From Bacteroidales bacterium (lineage in GTDB: Bacteria > Bacteroidota > Bacteroidia > Bacteroidales > UBA4181): a stretch of DNA of 56,249 nucleotides. Each line of letters begins with the position of its first letter. Position 1 is the first letter of the stretch. The notes under the pieces are model-generated. The model ran no database searches and was not told where the DNA came from. It saw nothing but the letters and a program-made list of their open reading frames with translations. Positions 18,453-28,197 of this stretch are shown piece by piece. The stretch is from contig JAVBNP010000007.1 of the NCBI GenBank assembly GCA_031551455.1, forward strand, positions 1 through 56,249, in the 5' to 3' direction. The position numbers were made by a program, and so were the translations under genes.

Positions 18453-20366
18453 TTATTTGATATTCACTTCTTCAATATTTTCGTTATTGACGGAACGAAT
18501 GTTGACGCATCCGTGATGCGTTTCGATGGTTGCCGCTTTTCCCCAATTGTATTTGTTTCCTTCAATCAACACGTCTTTGCATCCCGAAAAAATAAAGGCG
18601 GGGCCGTTCTCGTCGGCCGAAGGATACCGAGCGCTTTTGTTGATGGTGTTATTCTTGAAAACGAAATTTTCGATGGATTTCGCTTGGATGAGGATTCGAC
18701 TGAAAGCATTGATGGTATTGTTTTCCATCACGATGTTTCGATGATAATGCCAAGAGGTATCGGGTACTTCTCCCACTTCGGGTACGAAAACCAAAACGGG
18801 AGCATTACCCACGCACAAGCCTTGGTCTTCGAATAAGTTTTCACGGATCGTCATATCGGTTACCGGCCCCGATTCGAACCAGTAATTGGCATCGCCGGCG
18901 GCTTGAATACCGGCATAGGTACATTTTACGAATTTGTTTTTTTCGACCAAGACTTTTCCCGCGGTGGAAATCAAAATACCGCGCGCTCTGTTTTGTCTTA
19001 CTTCGCAATTCCGCATAATAACATCGGGTTGAAGGAACGTATTTTCCGCAACCGACCCATCAATCGGAAGGTCATCGATTTTTTCGGTAAATGTTACTTC
19101 AAAATAAAAATCGTTCACGTTTTTGATCGATGAAACGATTCGTTTGGCATGAGGTTTCAGCGTATTTTTATTCGCAAAGACGATTTCCTCGCCCGCTCGG
19201 GCAAACGTGAAGCCTTGTTGTTGGGAATGCCCTCTGGTCATGCCAAGCGTATACGGATCGGTCATTTCTCGAACTTCGGCATATATACCGTGTACGTTGG
19301 TACCGTCATCGAGCATGTTCTCGAAAATACAGTCGTCCAAAACGATCAATCCCGAACAGGATACGAAATGCGAGGCATCGGCGGTAGATGTAACCAGTCG
19401 CTCGGAATTCGGCGGCAACAGGACGTTATATTTGCGCAAGGTCACATCCTTTGATTGTTCGGCAACGAATGCCATTCCCGACGCATGGTGTACGGTTACG
19501 TTTTCGACCAACACGTTTTCGCTGTCGAAAACATGAATGGCGGGCGATAATCGATTTTTGGACAGAATGCCGTTGCAAACGAGCACCCAACCCGATTTCG
19601 GTAATTCTTCGCAAGCATCGGTTAGGCGAACCGTTCGATTTCCCAGATCGCGGGCTACGGCGGGCTTATTGAGTTTAAAATTCCATGCATTGACGCGGGT
19701 CGTATTTTCGTCGCAATATGCGGGAGCCTTTGTTTGGGGATCGTACCAGATGTTCCAGTTGATGTTTTGTTCCCAAATGACATCCTTCTGCATGAGAGGC
19801 GCCATAAAAAACCACCCGATAGTCTTTTCCGTTTTTTTATTGGAGAAAATAAGGTTGTTGCCTTGAATCTCGTACGAGCATTCGTCGAGAATTTTCATGT
19901 CGAATGCATTTAATTCGGGATGCACTGCCGTAACTTGCGCTTGAAGATAAAACGGTTTTTCCCAATCGACCGAAAAGTTTTTCAATGTGATGTTTTTCGA
20001 ACCGGAAACATCGAACGGTACCATGTGATCATGACATATAAATTTACTTCCCGAACCGTCGATTTCAAAATTTTCGAAGTCTTTCAACAGAAATACCATC
20101 CGTTTTTTACCATCATCATTATTGGTGATATTACGATATTCCTCGTATGCTTTTTCGGGATAAATATCGTAAACGCCTTTCGGTATGACAAGTTTTACGG
20201 CCTTTTGCGTTTTGCACGCTTCAATCGCTTTCATTAAAGCAGGCGTATTGTCAATGCCTTCCCGCAAACCGAAGTCAACGGCATTGATCGTTTTTTCGGT
20301 CTTACATGATGACATTACGGCAAAAATGACGATTGTCGCTCCGATAATTTTGTTTTTGAGGTTCAT
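18453..20366 (-). CDS. GH110-like beta-helix alpha-galactosidase lipoprotein
   Basis: Lipobox MSSC, ADASHF, FENMLDDGTNVHG, NRARGILIST, DANYWFESGPV. Confidence 0.85.
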   Translation of the reverse strand: MNLKNKIIGATIVIFAVMSSCKTEKTINAVDFGLREGIDNTPALMKAIEACKTQKAVKLVIPKGVYDIYPEKAYEEYRNITNNDDGKKRMVFLLKDFENFEIDGSGSKFICHDHMVPFDVSGSKNITLKNFSVDWEKPFYLQAQVTAVHPELNAFDMKILDECSYEIQGNNLIFSNKKTEKTIGWFFMAPLMQKDVIWEQNINWNIWYDPQTKAPAYCDENTTRVNAWNFKLNKPAVARDLGNRTVRLTDACEELPKSGWVLVCNGILSKNRLSPAIHVFDSENVLVENVTVHHASGMAFVAEQSKDVTLRKYNVLLPPNSERLVTSTADASHFVSCSGLIVLDDCIFENMLDDGTNVHGIYAEVREMTDPYTLGMTRGHSQQQGFTFARAGEEIVFANKNTLKPHAKRIVSSIKNVNDFYFEVTFTEKIDDLPIDGSVAENTFLQPDVIMRNCEVRQNRARGILISTAGKVLVEKNKFVKCTYAGIQAAGDANYWFESGPVTDMTIRENLFEDQGLCVGNAPVLVFVPEVGEVPDTSWHYHRNIVMENNTINAFSRILIQAKSIENFVFKNNTINKSARYPSADENGPAFIFSGCKDVLIEGNKYNWGKAATIETHHGCVNIRSVNNENIEEVNIK

Positions 20367-20392
20367 GGAATTTTTAAATGATACATTAGTTA

Positions 20393-20425
20393 AAACCTAT
20401 CAGGTTTTTGAAACCTAATAGGTTT
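20393..20425. repeat. REP-like palindrome (ACCT..AGGT family)
   Basis: AAACCTATCAGGTTTTTGAAACCTAATAGGTTT. Confidence 0.85.
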
Positions 20426-20497
20426 GTTATGATGCTGCCTTCGAATGAAACGTCCCACGTAACATTCGATTATCGCATAATTTGATCCGGAATATAT

Positions 20498-21862
20498 TTA
20501 AAGAGCCAGCAACTTTACGATTTCGTTGGCGGTATGCGCCATCGATCCCGTTATTTTTTCGTCCACCTGCGTTCCCGTTTCGTACGGACGGTGCGACCAG
20601 CTGCCGACACGCATTTGCAAGCCTTCTTCGTAAATTCCGCTCGCTTTCAGAAATTGAACGATGGCTATCAACGTATTTTCATACAACTCGTTCGGTTTTC
20701 CCGATGATACGGTTCTTCGAACAAGTGTTGTACCGTTAAAGAAAATTTCTTGATTATCCTGCAAGCTTGCTTCAACAATGTTGATTCCCATTTGAACGCC
20801 TTTGGTTTTAAGGGCCTCTTTGTGTCTTTTCAGCACTTCGGTAATGTAAGGGATGTCATATGTCCAATCGACGTCCATATAAACGGTTTTAGGTTTGAAT
20901 CCCGCCGAAGTCAATACATCGATCAAATCATCCAAATACCCGATAGAATTGTACTGCGGGCAATTTTGCACGATGGCGTAAAAATTATTGGCAACGTTGA
21001 AATATGACGGGTTATTGGCGTAAATGGCATCAAATCCGTTTTGATCGCGCCATTCCCATCCGGCAACCACATTCCAATGTATGCCCACCGCCGGCATTTC
21101 ATCGCCCCATTTTTCCTTTGCCACGTTCAGAAAATCGACATAATCTTGTCGGAGTGTTGCGAGTAAGGTATTATAATCGCCCATCGACACGGCGCAACCG
21201 TTATTTTTTTTCGCCGCGGCTTTACGTTCTTCCCAAGTGCCTTTGGTGGCTGCGAGCTTATTCGCGTCGAACTCGGGAAGCAAATTGGGTTGTCGTTCGT
21301 CGAACAGGATTTCGTCGGGAACAATCGGTACCCGATCTTTGGTTACAAACCAGCCTTTACCGTCGGGGTTGACTCGATCGACGGGATTGGTAATTCCGAA
21401 AACAGAGGAAAATATGTTGACTCCGTTCACCGCTTTACCGTTGAGTTCGGCTCCGCCGAGCGAGGTTCCCGGAATACATTGCGTAAACCCGGGCATCTCC
21501 ACCGACAAGGGAATACCTTCTTCTTTCAATATCGGAAGCACTCCGCTTGTACTTGACATATATCCGATTTCGGCGGCATATACCGAAAATGATCCGCCGG
21601 TTCTTTTCAAATTTTCAATCAATTGGGACCATAAATTTCTGTCGCCGAAACTTTCGTCGACATGTCCGTTAACAATGGTTCCTCCCGGTTTGTACCACAC
21701 ATTGCCTCCGCATTGATTGGAAACAAACGAGAAAGAAGCAACTTTTTCGGTATCGTCATCATCATCCGGCGGAGGGGTTGATTCGTTTTTGCAATTGGTA
21801 CAAAAGAATATACCCGCACAAATAAAGGCGAAAAATGACAACGACATCATATTTTTTTTCAT
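20498..21862 (-). CDS. Uncharacterized PUL lipoprotein, possible TIM-barrel hydrolase
   Basis: 454-aa ORF co-oriented in the PUL, Cys-type signal, PPPDDDDD linker, alternating strand/helix pattern. Confidence 0.7.
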   Translation of the reverse strand: MKKNMMSLSFFAFICAGIFFCTNCKNESTPPPDDDDDTEKVASFSFVSNQCGGNVWYKPGGTIVNGHVDESFGDRNLWSQLIENLKRTGGSFSVYAAEIGYMSSTSGVLPILKEEGIPLSVEMPGFTQCIPGTSLGGAELNGKAVNGVNIFSSVFGITNPVDRVNPDGKGWFVTKDRVPIVPDEILFDERQPNLLPEFDANKLAATKGTWEERKAAAKKNNGCAVSMGDYNTLLATLRQDYVDFLNVAKEKWGDEMPAVGIHWNVVAGWEWRDQNGFDAIYANNPSYFNVANNFYAIVQNCPQYNSIGYLDDLIDVLTSAGFKPKTVYMDVDWTYDIPYITEVLKRHKEALKTKGVQMGINIVEASLQDNQEIFFNGTTLVRRTVSSGKPNELYENTLIAIVQFLKASGIYEEGLQMRVGSWSHRPYETGTQVDEKITGSMAHTANEIVKLLAL

Positions 21863-21920
21863 ACATCAAATTTTTAGGTTACATAAACCTCGCAGTTTTT
21901 TACTTTTCCTTGTTTTAGTT

Positions 21921-21956
21921 AAACCCGACGGAGATATTGATGTCTCCGTCGGGTTT
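21921..21956 (-). terminator. Strong intra-PUL hairpin (partial terminator or mRNA stabilizer)
   Basis: AAACCCGACGGAGATAT-TG-ATGTCTCCGTCGGGTTT with only a short U run. Confidence 0.6.
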
Positions 21957-22002
21957 GTTAATCTGCCTTTTTAATTATTCGTTACCGAATTATTTTTATG
22001 AA

Positions 22003-23268
22003 TTAATTATAGGGCGTTGTTCTCACGGTTAAACCGGCTGTCAACAGAAAAACATTGTTTTGTGCGTCGTATGCCAACCCTTCAAATCTGATTTTATCAT
22101 CCGGATTACTTGGTGTGGCTTTGCTCCAAATGAACACGAGTTCTTCTTGCGTATTTACTCTTTCGGGATTTATTACTTTTAAAATAACAAAATCGGTTCC
22201 CGGATCGATACCGTCATCGGATATGAAAGCAGCACACTCATCGGCAGAAGCCAAATCGGCTGCGGTCAAATCGGTTTTGTGATCGCATACGTACAATTGG
22301 AATTGAACCTGGGGATAATACGCTCTCGCAAAATAATTTTGATTACCATGATCGGCAGGAATACCTTGTCCTTCGAAATTGAAATTTGCTTTATACCCCT
22401 CTCCGATTTTAAACATACAAGTCATATCGCCGTTACCTTGTACATAATAGTTTTTTCCCGGATCAGCTTCTTTATCGACCCGTTGTACCACAAAGGGTAT
22501 CATTCCGCTGCTCGGAAGCGGAGTAGCGGAAATAACGGGAACCTGTTGATCCACGGACTTCGTCGATTCGCTTGCCAAGTAAAGACTGATGGCTTGGGTG
22601 TTATCGGCATCAAAACCTTGTTCCAACTTGGCCGGAGCTGTGGCCCAACCTTCGGCAGCTTTATCGCCCGTTAAATGGTCACGTCTCAGCATGTACGCCA
22701 CACCGCCTTCGAGTTCGAACGATTTTACTTTATTGTTCGTATTACCTCCCGTATACACGTTGTAACCGACCAAGTATCCGTCGTTATCCGTAGCGCCTTC
22801 GGGAACTTTAAAGGTATAAATACCCTTGCCGAGACCTGCGGGAGAACTGAGCGAAGAAGTGCTGCCGAGACCCGCAATTTTGATTTTCGTGCCGGCTCCT
22901 CCGGTTCCCGGTTGAAAAGTGACCAACACTTTGCCTTTTTGTTCGATGGTGATTTTACCGCCTTCGGGTAAAACTTTACCGGCAGCAAATTCATCGCCAT
23001 TAAATTGCGTACCGTTCAATTTTGCTTGATATTTGCCTTCGGTCAACGTAATTTCGATAGCGGTCACATCCACTGCCGGAAAGTTGGCTGTCGGCAAACT
23101 GATCGTTTTATTGGCAAATTGGGTACTGATGGCGTCCTTGTCGGGATCAACCACCGGTTCCGGTTCCGGTTCCGGTTCCGGATCGTCATCTTTACTGCAA
23201 CTTTGCAAGCAACACGCCATCGAAAACGTGATGGCAACAAACAGAAATAACCATTTCTTTGTTTTCAT
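22003..23268 (-). CDS. Uncharacterized surface lipoprotein, candidate glycan-binding protein
   Basis: Lipobox LQSC followed by SKDDD export-type signal and PEPEPEPEP linker; directly downstream of susD; beta-rich. Confidence 0.7.
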   Translation of the reverse strand: MKTKKWLFLFVAITFSMACCLQSCSKDDDPEPEPEPEPVVDPDKDAISTQFANKTISLPTANFPAVDVTAIEITLTEGKYQAKLNGTQFNGDEFAAGKVLPEGGKITIEQKGKVLVTFQPGTGGAGTKIKIAGLGSTSSLSSPAGLGKGIYTFKVPEGATDNDGYLVGYNVYTGGNTNNKVKSFELEGGVAYMLRRDHLTGDKAAEGWATAPAKLEQGFDADNTQAISLYLASESTKSVDQQVPVISATPLPSSGMIPFVVQRVDKEADPGKNYYVQGNGDMTCMFKIGEGYKANFNFEGQGIPADHGNQNYFARAYYPQVQFQLYVCDHKTDLTAADLASADECAAFISDDGIDPGTDFVILKVINPERVNTQEELVFIWSKATPSNPDDKIRFEGLAYDAQNNVFLLTAGLTVRTTPYN

Positions 23269-23352
23269 TTTTTAAGATTTTAATTGGTTAAATAATTATT
23301 GATTGATTGTATTAATGCAATTGATATGATGCCGTCGCATCGTAAAATCGGA

Positions 23353-25182
23353 TTACCATCCGGGGTTTTGCCAATTCGCGCCGGTATACTTTTCCATTTT
23401 TCGTACTTCGGCAGGCGAAAGAGGAAGCTTTAAAAATTTGGCGTCGTTGCTCTTCCGAGTGTCCACAGCAAACCGTGCATTGGTGTAATCAAACGTATCG
23501 TCGTCGTTTTTCGTCACGTTCATCCCGGTAATGTTCTTGTCCGTTTTCTCGAGAATCATCCAACGGCGCACGTCGTAAAAGCGATGTTGTTCGAACGCAA
23601 GTTCCACACGTCGTTCGTTGCGATATCTCGTACGGAACTCCGTTTGCGAAGGAGTTCCCGATGCATTGAACCGCGGCATGACGGCACGATCTCTGACGGC
23701 ATTTACCGCCGCAAGAGCAGTCGTCACGGAACCGTCAACTCCGGGCACGTTAACATTCGGTCCGTATGCTTCGTTGGCGGCTTCGGCGAAATTCAAGTAG
23801 AGTTCCGCCAAACGGAATATCTTCATGTATCCGTCCGCTTGGTTATTGATATCGGATCGGTTATTATTGAATTTCCGCAGATAATATCCGGTACGCGTAT
23901 ATTTAATATCCGTCGAGGAAATTTGACAATTTCCGCCTTGATAGATTTGCAACGCCGAGCTCGGATCGGTAAGGTTAAAGAACGCTCCGTTGTAATAAAG
24001 GGAGGCGGCCATTCGGGGATCGCGTCCCGTATACGGATCCATCGGGTCGTACGAGCTTGCCGCGTTGACTCGCGGATTAACGCCGTCGTAAATCACGCAT
24101 CCGTCCGCATCCAATACAAACGGTAGGGTTCCGTCGGCCATTTCGTAAGCGTCCGCCATCTCTTGCGTGGGACATGCACCGGCTCTGATGGAACTCGAGT
24201 TTGTCGGTAATGCGGCATCTCTCCACACGGCCAACTGATTTTTGCATTCCAAAATGGTTTCTTTATCGATGGTTCTCGTCAGATCCAACTTACTGAAAAA
24301 ATACGACTGGTAAGCGCTTCCGGAACTTGCAAGCGCTTCGCCCGACGGTGCATCGGTGTACAATTTATAATCGTTGGCTAAACATTCGTTAAGCGCTTTT
24401 CCGGTAATTCGTGCCGCTTTTTGCCACATCGCTTGTTCGTCACCGCCGGTATTCCACAGTTTGCTTGCGGCATAAAGCGCAGCTTGCGATTCCACGGCAT
24501 AAGCCACGGCCCGCGTCATTCGTCCGCGATCTCCCGGCTGCCCGAGCCCGATATTCCACATTAAACCGTAATTGATTGCTCTTTCGCAATCGATCACAAC
24601 GGAATCCACGCATGCCGAAAAAGAATTTCGTTCGTAACGGGAATAATCGGAAATATCGTCTCCCGCTTCCCGTATAATCGGCGCCGGTCCGTAACGTTTC
24701 ACGATTTGCCAGAAATAAAATGCACGAAGCATGTACACCTGAGCTTTCCAATCGCGTATTTCGCCGCTGTATTTCGTAATATCGTTAAGCGGAGAAGTTT
24801 TGATTTCTTTCAGAAATATGTTGCAGGTTCTGATACCCCGATAATATAAATCCCAATAATCGGCCATCGGGAAGGAACTTGCCGAGACATTGCCCAAATA
24901 CCAGTTTTGCACGTTTCCGCTCACGCTGTTGCGCACATCTTCCGCTTCGTCGCAAAATGATGCAAGAAGGGTTCCGTCGTACGACATCGAATAATCTTTA
25001 ATACTGTCGCCTTCGGGCATGTACGAATAGCATTTGTTGACATAACCTCTGGCAAGGTCAAAGTCGGCGAAAATTTCGGGTAAGGTTAAACGCCCGTCGC
25101 TCGGCATATCCAATACATCGTTACAGGATATGACCGTTATTGCGATTGCCGCCGTTATGGTTATTTTCTTGATTATGTTCAT
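23353..25182 (-). CDS. susD: RagB/SusD family lipoprotein (second pair)
   Basis: Lipobox ISC, LRAFYFWQIVKRYG, RDPRM, TGYYLRKF, FRLAELYLNFAEA, ERRVELAFEQHRFYDVRRW, QNPGW. Confidence 0.95.
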   Translation of the reverse strand: MNIIKKITITAAIAITVISCNDVLDMPSDGRLTLPEIFADFDLARGYVNKCYSYMPEGDSIKDYSMSYDGTLLASFCDEAEDVRNSVSGNVQNWYLGNVSASSFPMADYWDLYYRGIRTCNIFLKEIKTSPLNDITKYSGEIRDWKAQVYMLRAFYFWQIVKRYGPAPIIREAGDDISDYSRYERNSFSACVDSVVIDCERAINYGLMWNIGLGQPGDRGRMTRAVAYAVESQAALYAASKLWNTGGDEQAMWQKAARITGKALNECLANDYKLYTDAPSGEALASSGSAYQSYFFSKLDLTRTIDKETILECKNQLAVWRDAALPTNSSSIRAGACPTQEMADAYEMADGTLPFVLDADGCVIYDGVNPRVNAASSYDPMDPYTGRDPRMAASLYYNGAFFNLTDPSSALQIYQGGNCQISSTDIKYTRTGYYLRKFNNNRSDINNQADGYMKIFRLAELYLNFAEAANEAYGPNVNVPGVDGSVTTALAAVNAVRDRAVMPRFNASGTPSQTEFRTRYRNERRVELAFEQHRFYDVRRWMILEKTDKNITGMNVTKNDDDTFDYTNARFAVDTRKSNDAKFLKLPLSPAEVRKMEKYTGANWQNPGW

Positions 25183-25193
25183 TTTTCGGGAAT

Positions 25194-28193
25194 TTAAAAG
25201 GTAAACTTGACGCCCAGATTAAGCACTCTGTAATTTTGAAACCGATCGAGACTCGCTATTTCGGGGTCAATGCAATCCGTTTTCAGAAAATCCCACGTAA
25301 CCAGATTTTGCGCGCTGAAAACCAACCGAATTTGTTCGGCTTTAATCCATCTCAAAACGGAAGCGGGAAGCGAATAAGCCAGTTCCAAATTTTTGATGCG
25401 CACGTATGATGCATTCATGGTGAAAAAATCGTTGGGCTGTCTGCTGACCGATTTTTGTTGCGACAAAGCCGGGAATGTTATCTCTTCACCCGCCGCGGCT
25501 CTTTCGGGAGTCCACGCTTGCGTGTGAATGTCGGAATAAACGCCTCCGTAGGGACTCTCGTCGATACCGACAACATCATGGTATTGTCGCGAAGAATATC
25601 CCGTTCCCTGCACCAAACAACTCAATTCGATTTGTTTGTAGCGGGCTCCGAAACTCACGCCGTAGTTAATTCTCGGAATGACGGAATATCTCGTCGGCGC
25701 CATATCTTTCTCGTCGATGATATCTTTACCATCAGGCGTTTTGTCGCCGTTCAAGTTTTGGTACTTGAAATCGCCCAAACGCGGAGTTCCGAAAGCGTAG
25801 GATACTTTATCGAGTTCGGCTTGCGAAGTAAAATATCCGCTGCCGTTACCGTAGTCGACCAAATAACCGAATTGCTGCCCGTCGGAATACCCTTCTTTCC
25901 GGTGTTGATATGCATAACCCGTTCCCATAGGCGTTTCATCGCAATACGTCACGGTATTTTTCGCATACAAAAAGTTGGCATTGACGAAAAACGAAAAATC
26001 GTTGTTCAAATTCTTAAAATATCCGACGGTTGCGTCGATACCGTTATTTTCCATTTTTCCTTCGTTAACGGGCGGATAAATACTTGCCGTTAATCCGGTA
26101 AATGAAGGTACCGCGCCGATGGTATTGATCAGCATGTTATCGGTACGGTTAATGAAATAATCGACTGTCAACGAGATACTTCCGGCAATAACAAGATCGA
26201 TGCCGTAATTCATGTTTAACGTTTTCTCGGGTTCCAGATTCGGATTTCCTTTGTAGTATTCCGTTATCATGTAACTCAAGTTCTCGATGTACCGATTGCC
26301 CTCGTTGATAAGTTTATCGGTATACCGAAATCTGGCTCCACCCAATTGATCGTTGGAGGTTTGCCCGACGGACGCGCGCAACTTCAGCTCGGTAAGCCAA
26401 TTCGTATCGGAAAGAAACCCTTCCCGCGAAAGCACCCATGCCGCTGAAACGGCCGGAGTAAACGTAAATCTCTTCGAACGGGCAAACTGATCCGAACCCG
26501 AATAACCGACATCGCCTTTCAGAAAATACTTGTTGTCGTACCCCCACGTTGCCGTGACTCCGGAACTGATTCTGTTGTACGGAAATACATAATCACCATC
26601 GATTCTGTCCGATACGCTGTTTTCGTAATACACATATCCCATGCCCGAAACCGAATGCTTACCGAAATCGCGGTTGTAATCCAATTGCGCCCCGGTGCTC
26701 AATCGATAAGAAAAAAGCGACGATTTGCCGTATTGAAGCGGAGTGTTGGTCCATGTTCCGGCGCCGATTTGATTAAATTCCAAAACAGAGGGGTTGTTAC
26801 TCCTCACCCAACGTTCGTAATCCTGGCTCGCAATCTGATTTCCCGACGAGTTGGTTTGGTATGCGAACCGTCCTCCGAGTCGAAGTCCTTCCGTCAGAAA
26901 ATCCATTTTCAAATCCAACCCGGTTTGCGCCATTACTTCCGTTCCCGTGTATCGTCCGAATCCCGATCGGTTAAGCATGCCATATGCGGGATTATCCACG
27001 TAAGAAGTGGTCAAAACTTCTCCGCCGATTATTTTCGACGGATTCGACGGATCGGGATACATCGGAGTGTACGGACCGTACATGGTCGGAGGCAAATAAA
27101 ACAATCCCGCATAAACGGCATCATTGGCTTGCCTCCCGGTGCTTTCCTTGGTTACGTTACCGTTCAAACGGATAAATCCGTCGAGAACATTGTTGAGTTT
27201 GAAATCCAAGTTGGTACGATAATTAAAACGGTAATTATCGCCCGCTTTGGAATCATACGTTACCTGTCCGGCTTTGAACGTGCTCTGATCGGTAATGAAT
27301 TGCCCCCCCTGATGCATGAAATTCACGTTCGAGTACATTTTGATTTTCTCGTTTCCGGCCGTTGCTCCGATTCCCGCCCGTTCCATCCATGCATACGATT
27401 TGAACATCATATCGTAATAATTATTATCGGGATACAAATCTCTGTTCGAGCCCGAAGCATAACCGTCCATTTCCGTTTGCGAAAACGGTTGCGTTCCGAC
27501 CGAACCGTCATTTTTCCATGCTTGATTTCGAAGCGTGGCATATTCGTATGCGCCCACGGTATAAGGTTTTCGCGTCATTTGTTGGAACGATTGATCGTAC
27601 GTAACGGTAACCTTCAGATTTTGAATCTTTCCCCGCTTGGTGGTAATCACGATGGCGCCGTTGGCTCCTTGAATACCGTACAAAGCAGTCAGCGATGCAT
27701 CCTTGAGCACCGTAACGGATTCGATTTCTTCGGGCGTGATGTAATCGATACTTTCGATCGAACAGATCACTCCGTCGAGAATGTACAGCGGCGTTTGCCC
27801 ATTGATGGTCGAAATGCCGCGAACGTAAGAGGCTACGGTTCCGCGCGAAAGTTCGCCGTTCGTTTCCGTGGTGATTAATCCCGCCAACCGTCCCGTAAAA
27901 GTTTGCGACAGGTTAGCAACGGGGGATTTCGCCAGTTCTTCGCCGCTCACGGTTACAACGGCTCCCGTCACAGCTTGCAACGGTTGCGAGTAATATCCGA
28001 GATTGATCCGCCGTTCCGTCGAATCGGCTTGTTCTTCCTGCGGATTGATCGGCTCTTCCTTTTCCGGAGATTGTGCTTGCAACGATAACGACATCCATCC
28101 GAAAAGAGACAGGCATAAACCGATCCCGCGCAAAGCCGTTATTGTTTTGGGTTTTATATTGAATCTCATTTCTATTCTCATTTTATGATGCAT
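25194..28193 (-). CDS. susC: SusC/RagA TonB-dependent transporter without N-terminal extension domains
   Basis: Plug motif EIESVTVLKDAS..ALYG..GANGAIVITTKRG, GDFKYQNLNGD, YVRIKNLELAY, terminal LGVKFTF. Real start may be the second or third Met. Confidence 0.95.
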   Translation of the reverse strand: MHHKMRIEMRFNIKPKTITALRGIGLCLSLFGWMSLSLQAQSPEKEEPINPQEEQADSTERRINLGYYSQPLQAVTGAVVTVSGEELAKSPVANLSQTFTGRLAGLITTETNGELSRGTVASYVRGISTINGQTPLYILDGVICSIESIDYITPEEIESVTVLKDASLTALYGIQGANGAIVITTKRGKIQNLKVTVTYDQSFQQMTRKPYTVGAYEYATLRNQAWKNDGSVGTQPFSQTEMDGYASGSNRDLYPDNNYYDMMFKSYAWMERAGIGATAGNEKIKMYSNVNFMHQGGQFITDQSTFKAGQVTYDSKAGDNYRFNYRTNLDFKLNNVLDGFIRLNGNVTKESTGRQANDAVYAGLFYLPPTMYGPYTPMYPDPSNPSKIIGGEVLTTSYVDNPAYGMLNRSGFGRYTGTEVMAQTGLDLKMDFLTEGLRLGGRFAYQTNSSGNQIASQDYERWVRSNNPSVLEFNQIGAGTWTNTPLQYGKSSLFSYRLSTGAQLDYNRDFGKHSVSGMGYVYYENSVSDRIDGDYVFPYNRISSGVTATWGYDNKYFLKGDVGYSGSDQFARSKRFTFTPAVSAAWVLSREGFLSDTNWLTELKLRASVGQTSNDQLGGARFRYTDKLINEGNRYIENLSYMITEYYKGNPNLEPEKTLNMNYGIDLVIAGSISLTVDYFINRTDNMLINTIGAVPSFTGLTASIYPPVNEGKMENNGIDATVGYFKNLNNDFSFFVNANFLYAKNTVTYCDETPMGTGYAYQHRKEGYSDGQQFGYLVDYGNGSGYFTSQAELDKVSYAFGTPRLGDFKYQNLNGDKTPDGKDIIDEKDMAPTRYSVIPRINYGVSFGARYKQIELSCLVQGTGYSSRQYHDVVGIDESPYGGVYSDIHTQAWTPERAAAGEEITFPALSQQKSVSRQPNDFFTMNASYVRIKNLELAYSLPASVLRWIKAEQIRLVFSAQNLVTWDFLKTDCIDPEIASLDRFQNYRVLNLGVKFTF

Positions 28194-28197
28194 ACTT

